Below, piece after piece: positions 57,375 through 64,000 of a stretch of 64,000 nt of DNA (position 1 is the first letter of the stretch; every line of letters begins with the position of its first letter). Location: NCBI GenBank assembly GCA_947164965.1, contig CAMUYR010000009.1, forward strand, positions 8,072 to 72,071. Reading direction: 5' to 3'. Source of the stretch: an uncultured Prevotella sp. (GTDB lineage: Bacteria; Bacteroidota; Bacteroidia; Bacteroidales; Bacteroidaceae). Below the pieces are notes generated by a model. That model did not search any database. It worked only from the letters and a program-made list of their open reading frames with translations, and was not told the DNA's origin. The position numbers were made by a program, and so were the translations under genes.

Positions 57375-58842
57375 ATTCTAGTGTTCCTAATGCCTTTTGC
57401 AGTTCAACCTGACTCAGCTTCACTTCTATTTCTGCGTCAATCCTCTGCGATTGTGCCTTCAGCCAGGCTGTCTGAGCCTCCATAATGGTTGTGGCAGAAA
57501 TGACACCTTCCTTAAAACCTAAGTTGGCTGTACGCAGGTTTTCTTCTGCATGTTCGATATTCGACTGTGCCATTGCCAGCTTCTTGTTGGCTTCATTCAC
57601 CATAAATGCCTTTTGGTTCACCTGAAGTTCTATTTTTTCGCGAGCCTCGTCAAGTTCCAGACTGGCAATAGTGGTGGCACCTTTTGCTGCACGTACCTTA
57701 TATCTTACGTCACCCCAGTTCCAGATGGGTACTCGCATGAGTACGCCCACATTCCAGAAACCGGCAAACTTCTTTTCGAAACCGTTGAAGACGTTGGGAT
57801 TGCTTACTGCATAACCACCTGTCAACAGCACCTGAGGCAGATTACCAGCCTTCAGCAAGTTGGTAGCTTGACGCGACAGGTCGACGGTATTTTGTAACAT
57901 CTTCAGTTCCGGACGATGCAGCGTTGCCATCTCAACATCAGGTTGGGCATTCATGTCCATCACAGCAATATTGTCTGATTCCTCGTCAGCCAATTTTACC
58001 TGTTCACTGACGGGGAGTCCGCAGAGTTGGCAGAGAAGCATTTTTGAAAGTACCAGTCCGTCGGTAACCTTTTGGAGTGACATTTGTGCCTCGTTGACCT
58101 TGACGCTCACGCTTAGCTTGTCGCTCCTCGTAGCCACGCCTTCGTTTACCATCTTCTGCACATCGCTTTCCAGTTTCTTCACCAGTTCGACGTAGCTTTC
58201 AGCCAACTTCTCCTTATGGCGAAGAGATACTACTTGCCAATAGGCCTGATCGATGCTGAACAGGGTGTTCTGACGCATGGATTCCAGTGAGTTTTCGGCC
58301 ATGTGTTCGCTAATGTCTGCCATCTTGTTCAAAGCAATAATGGCACCACCCATGAATACAGGCTGTGTCACCATGATAGCACCAGCAAACGTGTTACGAG
58401 TATCTGTTCTAAAGGCATTTACTACGCCTGCTCCAGTCTGATTCAGAGCACCGGCAAACTGCGCCATATTTTGAGCCAGCTGTGCTTGGGCAGCAGCAGG
58501 AAGCAATGAAATGATGCCTCCCAGTCTGTCTTGCAGACCAGTCACAGCCGTCGTACCAAGATTGTTCAGTCCTGATTTCTGGTCATCGTTCAGGATTGAT
58601 GCCTCTTTGCTCATCCACATATATCCACCTACTGCACTGACATGAGGAAGATACTTTGTGCGAGCTGAACGGCGCATATTGGCAGCGACGTCCTGCTTAG
58701 CTTTAGAGACGCTGATCTGTTTGTTGTTTCTCAGCGCCATCGCCCTACAGCTGTCGAGTGTCAGCAGTCGTTGCGCATTGGTGCTCAACGGCAGCAGGGA
58801 GAGCAGAATGAGTATTTTATTTATTTTTACTTTCAGTCCCAT
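57373..58842 (-). CDS. TolC-family outer-membrane efflux protein
   Basis: LTLDSCRAMALRNN, QPVFMGG, PIWNWG. Confidence 0.9.
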   Translation of the reverse strand: MGLKVKINKILILLSLLPLSTNAQRLLTLDSCRAMALRNNKQISVSKAKQDVAANMRRSARTKYLPHVSAVGGYMWMSKEASILNDDQKSGLNNLGTTAVTGLQDRLGGIISLLPAAAQAQLAQNMAQFAGALNQTGAGVVNAFRTDTRNTFAGAIMVTQPVFMGGAIIALNKMADISEHMAENSLESMRQNTLFSIDQAYWQVVSLRHKEKLAESYVELVKKLESDVQKMVNEGVATRSDKLSVSVKVNEAQMSLQKVTDGLVLSKMLLCQLCGLPVSEQVKLADEESDNIAVMDMNAQPDVEMATLHRPELKMLQNTVDLSRQATNLLKAGNLPQVLLTGGYAVSNPNVFNGFEKKFAGFWNVGVLMRVPIWNWGDVRYKVRAAKGATTIASLELDEAREKIELQVNQKAFMVNEANKKLAMAQSNIEHAEENLRTANLGFKEGVISATTIMEAQTAWLKAQSQRIDAEIEVKLSQVELQKALGTLE

Positions 58843-58944
58843 GATTCTTTGTTTTTATCATCAGTCTGCAAAAGTAGGAAAAATACAGCGCAAAACGTCG
58901 ATAGTCACGATAAATATATGTTTTGTTTAGCTTCTTTAATAAAT

Positions 58945-60672
58945 TTACACAGTCATGTTACTAACGATTTCATTTGCACGGGCAAGAGCAAGGTCGATAT
59001 GGTTACAGATGTTCTTCTCGCCAACCAATTGCTGGAAATTATTGCGGATAAGCACATCTTCAACCTTGGAATTGACACCAGAAAGAACAATGGTGATGCC
59101 CTCCTTCTGACTCATCAGCACCATGTTTTCAAGATTGTGCAGACCTGTAGAGTCGATGAATGGTACTTTACGCATGCGGATGATGCGAACACGAGGACGA
59201 CGACCGCCATAACGTGCCATAATATCCTCGAAACGGTTACCGGCGCCAAAGAAGTAAGGACCATTGATTTCATAGACCTCAACACCCTCAGGGATGGTCA
59301 GGTGTTCCAAGTTGCCAGCCTGCATATCGGCATCTTCATTGAGATCTATCTCGTTGAGCACAGCATGAACCTCCGTCGTCTCAGCCATACGGCGCATAAA
59401 GAGCAGACAGGCACAGATGAGTCCGAACTCGATAGCAACGGTGAGGTCGAAGATGATGGTCAGGAAGAACGTGAGCAGCAGGACTGTGACATCGCTTTTG
59501 GGATTACGCATCATAGCTAGGAAAGAGCGCCAGCCACTCATACCGTAGCTGACGATGACCAATACACCAGCCAGACAGGCCATGGGGATATACTGAGCCA
59601 GAGGCATGAGAAACAGGAAGATGAGCAGTAGGACGACCGCATGTATGATGCCGGCAATAGGTGTGCGTCCGCCATTGTTGATATTAGTCATCGTGCGGGC
59701 AATAGCTCCTGTGGCAGGGATACCACCGAACAGGGGCGATGCAATATTGGCAATACCCTGTCCAATCAGCTCTGTGTTAGAATTATGGTGGTCGCCTATC
59801 ACACCGTCAGCCACTGTAGCAGAGAGCAGACTCTCGATGGCTCCTAATACGGCTATAGTGACAGCGGGACCGACGAGTCCTTTGATCACTTCCCATGAGA
59901 GTGCAGGAACTGTGGCACCAGGCAGTGTGGAGTTGATGCTAAAGCGATCGCCTATGGTTTCGACGCTTGTAACACCAGCATACTGCTTGAGCAGCAACAC
60001 ACCAATAGTCATGATGATGATGGCCACAAGTGAACCGGGAATCTTCTTAAGAATAGATAAATATGAATTGATGAACGAGTTCTTGGTGAGTGAAGGCCAT
60101 AAGCCGATGAGTGCTACACTAAGGATACCCACTAAAGCGCTCCACAGGTCGATGGAACCCAAGTGTTGGATATAGGCAATCCACTTCTCTATGAAATCGC
60201 TGGGCACATGGTCCATCGTCAGTCCAAGCAAATCCTTAATCTGCGTCGTAAAGATAGTGACGGCAATACCAGAGGTGAAACCAACCACAATGGGGTAGGG
60301 GATATACTTAATGATAGTGCCTAAACGCAAGACACCTAATAGAATAAGGAAAACACCCGCCATGAGGGTTGCTACAGTAAGTCCCTGCATGCCATACTGC
60401 TGGATAATGCCGTAGACAATGACGATAAAGGCACCTGTAGGACCACCTATTTGCACCTTTGAACCACCAAAGAGTGAAATCATAAGTCCTGCGACGATGG
60501 CTGTGATAATACCCTTCTCGGGCGATACACCGCTGGCAATACCGAAGGCTATGGCCAAGGGTAATGCTACGATTCCTACAATGATTCCGGCCATGAGGTC
60601 GGCCATAAATGTCTGTTTGTTGTAATTCTTAATGGCCGAAAAGAACTTCGGCTTAAAATCTAAAGTCTTCAT
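58945..60672 (-). CDS. SulP/SLC26 anion permease with STAS domain
   Basis: DLMAGIIVGIVALPLAIAF, GGPTGAF, GAIARTMTN, INGPYFFGA, DSTG. Confidence 0.92.
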   Translation of the reverse strand: MKTLDFKPKFFSAIKNYNKQTFMADLMAGIIVGIVALPLAIAFGIASGVSPEKGIITAIVAGLMISLFGGSKVQIGGPTGAFIVIVYGIIQQYGMQGLTVATLMAGVFLILLGVLRLGTIIKYIPYPIVVGFTSGIAVTIFTTQIKDLLGLTMDHVPSDFIEKWIAYIQHLGSIDLWSALVGILSVALIGLWPSLTKNSFINSYLSILKKIPGSLVAIIIMTIGVLLLKQYAGVTSVETIGDRFSINSTLPGATVPALSWEVIKGLVGPAVTIAVLGAIESLLSATVADGVIGDHHNSNTELIGQGIANIASPLFGGIPATGAIARTMTNINNGGRTPIAGIIHAVVLLLIFLFLMPLAQYIPMACLAGVLVIVSYGMSGWRSFLAMMRNPKSDVTVLLLTFFLTIIFDLTVAIEFGLICACLLFMRRMAETTEVHAVLNEIDLNEDADMQAGNLEHLTIPEGVEVYEINGPYFFGAGNRFEDIMARYGGRRPRVRIIRMRKVPFIDSTGLHNLENMVLMSQKEGITIVLSGVNSKVEDVLIRNNFQQLVGEKNICNHIDLALARANEIVSNMTV

Positions 60673-60792
60673 TTGCAATTCTTGCTATCCTTAAAATTCA
60701 TTTTCGATTTTCAGTGTGCAAAGATATACAAAAAATATAAGGTGGCAAAAAGTTACCACCTTATATTATTAATAAGAAGCGATTTTCTTGAT

Positions 60793-61215
60793 TTACTTCG
60801 TCTTCAGCAAGTCGCGAATCTCAGCAAGCAGCTCTTCCTGAGTGGGACCCTTTGGAGCCTCTGGCTCTGCTGGCTTTTCCTTCTTCAACTTGTTCATAGC
60901 CTTGATCATCAGGAAGATACAGAAGGCGATGATGAGGAAATCGAGGATGTTCTGAATGAACTGGCCATAGGCAAAGACGGAAGCACCAGCCTCTGTAGCT
61001 TCTTCAAGTGTCTTATACTTTGTGTCATCGCTGAGGTTGACAAAGAGGTCGACAAAACTAACGCCACCAGTTGCTACACTGATGAGAGGCATGATGATGT
61101 CGCTAACCAGACTCGACACAATTTTACCAAAGGCACCGCCGATGATTACACCGACAGCCATGTCCATCACGTTGCCCTTCATGGCAAACTCTTTGAATTC
61201 TTTAATAAATCCCAT
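60793..61215 (-). CDS. mscL: Large-conductance mechanosensitive channel
   Basis: [23 protein letters not shown]; [11 protein letters not shown]. Confidence 0.97.
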   Translation of the reverse strand: MGFIKEFKEFAMKGNVMDMAVGVIIGGAFGKIVSSLVSDIIMPLISVATGGVSFVDLFVNLSDDTKYKTLEEATEAGASVFAYGQFIQNILDFLIIAFCIFLMIKAMNKLKKEKPAEPEAPKGPTQEELLAEIRDLLKTK

Positions 61216-61219
61216 AACC

Positions 61220-61268
61220 TTTAATCTTTAATGTTTAATGTTTAATGTATTATGTTTAATCTTTAATG
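61220..61268. repeat. Heptamer array TTTAAT(G/C) x7 in the mscL leader
   Basis: Seven units ending 4 nt before the mscL ATG. Confidence 0.85.
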
Positions 61269-61320
61269 TAAAAATTGCAATCTGCGTTTAGCAATCTTGG
61301 ATATTCTTCCTTGATTTATC

Positions 61321-61355
61321 TCACTTTTCGCACCGTTGTTCTCACTTTTCACTTT
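61321..61355. repeat. Interrupted TCACTTT heptamer array
   Basis: TCACTTT at 61321, 61342 and 61349 (in 7-bp phase). Confidence 0.5.
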
Positions 61356-61495
61356 AATTAAGACTGAAATCAGATGCAAATATAGATATTTTTTTGTAAC
61401 TTTGCGCTCGAAAACAAGAAAAAGTGTCCAAAAGGCATAAAAATCTTGTAAAAGTTGGATTTTTTTTAAACCATTTAATAAAAAGTTTAGTAATT

Positions 61496-62521
61496 ATGAC
61501 AAAAGTAGCAATTAACGGTTTTGGCCGTATTGGTCGTCTCGCATTCCGTCAGATGTTCGAGGCTGAAGGTTATGAAGTAGTAGCAATCAACGACTTGACC
61601 AGCCCGAAGATGCTGGCTCATCTGCTGAAGTATGACACCGCTCAGGGTGGTTTCTGTGGCAAGTTCGGTGAGAACAAGCACACTGTAGAGGCTGGTGAGG
61701 ACTACATCGTTGTTGATGGCAAGAAGATCACTATCTACGCTATTCCTAACGCTGCTGAGCTTCCTTGGGGTAAGCTGGATGTAGACGTTGTTCTGGAGTG
61801 CACAGGTTTCTACACATCTAAGGAGAAGGCTTCTGCTCACCTGACAGCTGGTGCTAAGAAGGTTGTTATCTCTGCTCCTGCCGGCAACGACCTGCCTACT
61901 ATCGTTTACAATGTAAACCACAAGACTCTGACTCCTGCTGACACTGTTATCTCAGCTGCTTCTTGTACAACAAACTGCTTGGCTCCTATGACCAAGGCTC
62001 TGAACGATTTCGCTCCTATCCAGAGCGGTATCATGACAACTGTTCACGCTTACACTGGCGACCAGATGATTCTCGACGGTCCTCAGCGCAAGGGTGATGT
62101 TCAGCGTGCTCGTGCTGGTGCTCAGAACATCGTTCCTAACTCAACTGGTGCTGCTAAGGCTATCGGTCTCGTTATTCCTGAGTTGAATGGTAAGCTGATC
62201 GGTGCTGCTCAGCGCGTTCCAACTCCTACAGGTTCTACCACTATCCTGCACGCTGTTGTTAAGGGTGAGGTAACTGTTGAGGGTATCAACGCTGCTATGA
62301 AGGCTGCTACCAACGAGAGCTTCGGTTACACTGAGGAGAAGCTCGTTTCTAGCGACATCATCGGTATGAAGTTCGGTTCACTGTTCGACGCTAACCAGAC
62401 TATGGTTTCTAAGATCGGTGATGGCAACTCTCTCGTACAGGTTGTTGCTTGGTACGACAATGAGAACTCTTACACTTCTCAGATGGTTCGCACCATTAAG
62501 TACCTCGCTGAGCTCAAATAA
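61496..62521 (+). CDS. gap: Type I glyceraldehyde-3-phosphate dehydrogenase
   Basis: [24 protein letters not shown]. Confidence 0.98.
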   Translation: MTKVAINGFGRIGRLAFRQMFEAEGYEVVAINDLTSPKMLAHLLKYDTAQGGFCGKFGENKHTVEAGEDYIVVDGKKITIYAIPNAAELPWGKLDVDVVLECTGFYTSKEKASAHLTAGAKKVVISAPAGNDLPTIVYNVNHKTLTPADTVISAASCTTNCLAPMTKALNDFAPIQSGIMTTVHAYTGDQMILDGPQRKGDVQRARAGAQNIVPNSTGAAKAIGLVIPELNGKLIGAAQRVPTPTGSTTILHAVVKGEVTVEGINAAMKAATNESFGYTEEKLVSSDIIGMKFGSLFDANQTMVSKIGDGNSLVQVVAWYDNENSYTSQMVRTIKYLAELK

Positions 62522-62546
62522 GCTATAAGCATTTAACAAATAAAAT

Positions 62547-62577
62547 AGCCACTCGATTCTATCGGGTGGCTTTTTTT
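62547..62577 (+). terminator. Intrinsic terminator
   Basis: AGCCACTCGAT-TCT-ATCGGGTGGCT-TTTTTT. Confidence 0.85.
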
Positions 62578-62601
62578 CTGTGTTCCAAGGATGTTTGAAC
62601 C

Positions 62602-63207
62602 TTAGTCACCCTCACCAGGTTCATCACCATTGTTGGTGGGTGTAGAACTTTGGCTTGAGCCGCTGCCGCTACCGCTTCCGTTGGTGCCTGCTGGCGACAG
62701 GATGAAGCTGATGGGCGTCTTGTTCTGGAATCGCTTCTCCTTACCGTCTACGGTTTGCTTGATGCTCTCCACCACATAGCCGGCATCGAACACACATGCG
62801 TCCTTCAAGGCTCGCGAGGTCAGCTTCTCACCCTTGGTGTTCTCGGGGGTGAAGTTCATGTGAACACCCTCAATCAGGTTGACCAATCCGGTCTCCATAG
62901 CTGCCTGCACCGAATTGGCACCACCCTTCACTCCCTCGATGGAAGGGCCGAAGGTGCCCAAGCCTTCCAGCTTGACAGGCTGACCTTGGAGCACCAGCTC
63001 CTTCATGCACTCCACCACCTGCTGCACCACCAGCACAACCATCTGATAGTCGGCCAGCTTGCCGTGTTCCGTCATGTGGGCGCAGAATCCCTTCAGGTCC
63101 AGAGGCTTCTTCTCGTCCACCTCAGGATACCACTTACCGAAGTAAGTAGACGTCTCATTCTTGTTCTGTCGCAGATTCACGACCATTGCAATTTTTCTTA
63201 CTGCCAT
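62602..63207 (-). CDS. HU-related DNA-binding protein (Bacteroidota HU_rel type) with a G/S tail
   Basis: KELVLQGQPVKLEGLGTFGPSI; F.PE; low-complexity tail; promoter TAACTTTG near 63300. Confidence 0.8.
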   Translation of the reverse strand: MAVRKIAMVVNLRQNKNETSTYFGKWYPEVDEKKPLDLKGFCAHMTEHGKLADYQMVVLVVQQVVECMKELVLQGQPVKLEGLGTFGPSIEGVKGGANSVQAAMETGLVNLIEGVHMNFTPENTKGEKLTSRALKDACVFDAGYVVESIKQTVDGKEKRFQNKTPISFILSPAGTNGSGSGSGSSQSSTPTNNGDEPGEGD

Positions 63208-63385
63208 AATCTTAGTCTGGTATTACATTATTAAGGCGAACTTGTCAGTCGGGCCGCCTCTTTCCGACATCTTTATCATCTCTTGATTGATGCTACAAAG
63301 TTACGAAATATTTCTGAATTATCCAAACATTTTCGCAATTATTTTTCAAAAAATCATTCTTTTTTATACTTACCTGCGACCAATG

Positions 63386-63451
63386 AGTTTAGTTAGGGTA
63401 AACTCCGAGTTTAGTTAGGGTAAACTGGGAGTTTAGTAGGGGTAAACTGCA
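63386..63451. repeat. 22-bp palindromic-unit array AGTTTA-N7-TAAACT x3
   Basis: Units start at 63386, 63408 and 63430. Confidence 0.9.
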
Positions 63452-63538
63452 AAGGGAATGTAGACAAGTCTGCACCCCAAATACAGTCTGGGGGTTACTG
63501 AGGTTTCCGACACTTACGCCCCGCAATCAGACTCTTTT

Positions 63539-63587
63539 GTCCAACCATCCAAAACACTACATAAAGTAGCGTTTTGGATGGTTGGAC
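63539..63587. repeat. Long inverted repeat (17-bp perfect arms)
   Basis: GTCCAACCATCCAAAAC-actacataaagtagc-GTTTTGGATGGTTGGAC. Confidence 0.85.
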
Positions 63588-63594
63588 TATTAAG

Positions 63595-64000
63595 TCAGGC
63601 TGTAGGCTCGTTTTGGCTCTCTGAGGGCGAGAGACAAACCTTACCGTCAACCATTCTGAGCTCAGATTTCAAACACATTCGGATAATCTCTTGAACAGTA
63701 CTATCGCCCAGTTCCAGTTTTGCCATCAGCTTCTGTTTCAGTTCATCACGAGTGATACTACCTCCGTTGTTACGTACTATCTGGACGGCAGCATCCTTAC
63801 GCTTACGCTCGCGCTTTTCCTTCTCAGCTTGTTGGCGTTCCTTCTGACTCATCTGTTTTAGGAGCTTTTCCTTCTGGGCTTGTTCGTCAGCATCAACGAT
63901 ACAATCATCGTCATATCTGACACTCCAGTCAGGCATCGGGGCATGTCGCGCCTCAGAGTTCTTAGCCGTGATGGTTCCGTTGTTACTCTTCACGCACTGA
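63595..64000 (-). CDS. C-terminal part of an unknown protein (open to the window edge); possible winged-helix tail of an AAA/RepA-like ATPase
   Basis: Frame is open to the end of the window; ARHAPMPDWS.RYDD, charged coiled region, wHTH-like end. Confidence 0.4.
   Translation of the reverse strand, partial: QCVKSNNGTITAKNSEARHAPMPDWSVRYDDDCIVDADEQAQKEKLLKQMSQKERQQAEKEKRERKRKDAAVQIVRNNGGSITRDELKQKLMAKLELGDSTVQEIIRMCLKSELRMVDGKVCLSPSESQNEPTA

Noticed and set aside
60045-60090. Possible decayed heptamer insertion in SulP (NSFINSYLSIL)
   Set aside because: Periodicity is too weak to support without an orthologue alignment.
62602-62700. G/S-rich tail of the HU-like protein, and the GPR/GMG repeats in 336-842
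   Set aside because: Ordinary low-complexity tails for such proteins.
1-64000. tRNA, rRNA, integrase, transposase or phage genes
   Set aside because: None recognised by eye; tRNAscan-SE and HMM searches would be needed to exclude them formally.

Overview
This looks like Bacteroidota chromosomal DNA, most likely Prevotellaceae. The basis is repeated TAnnTTTG -7 promoter boxes, TonB-dependent receptors, many lipoproteins and a T9SS-type C-terminal domain. Main content: (1) 0.8-8.6 kb, an apparent 4-gene minus-strand operon: OM beta-barrel, lipoprotein PSD-like decarboxylase, a Cache-HAMP-SpoIIE/PP2C phosphatase fused in frame to a GH141-like beta-helix glycosidase, and a GH78 rhamnosidase. (2) 13.3-14.5 kb, a gene-free stretch of palindromes, three 22-bp-period arrays, a MITE-like element and a pantothenate kinase remnant. 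(3) 15.8-38.7 kb, a cobalamin region: a B12 riboswitch ahead of TonB receptor - CbiK lipoprotein - TonB receptor, anaerobic cbi/cob genes (cbiA split), and btuF/btuC-like genes. (4) 38.7-47 kb, GH97, GH35-like, DUF4450 and sugar isomerase genes. (5) An active plus a probably catalytically dead histidine phosphatase, an AmgK-like/RapZ-C fusion, a MurU-like gene, a CotH kinase, guaA, LUD, TolC, SulP, mscL, gap and an HU-like gene. About 20 short 7-bp-period tandem arrays are scattered through the window, 15 of them translated in frame inside genes, and other palindromic elements are also inserted in frame. No rRNA, tRNA, CRISPR array, integrase or transposase gene was recognised. Family calls come from motif recognition, not database searches.
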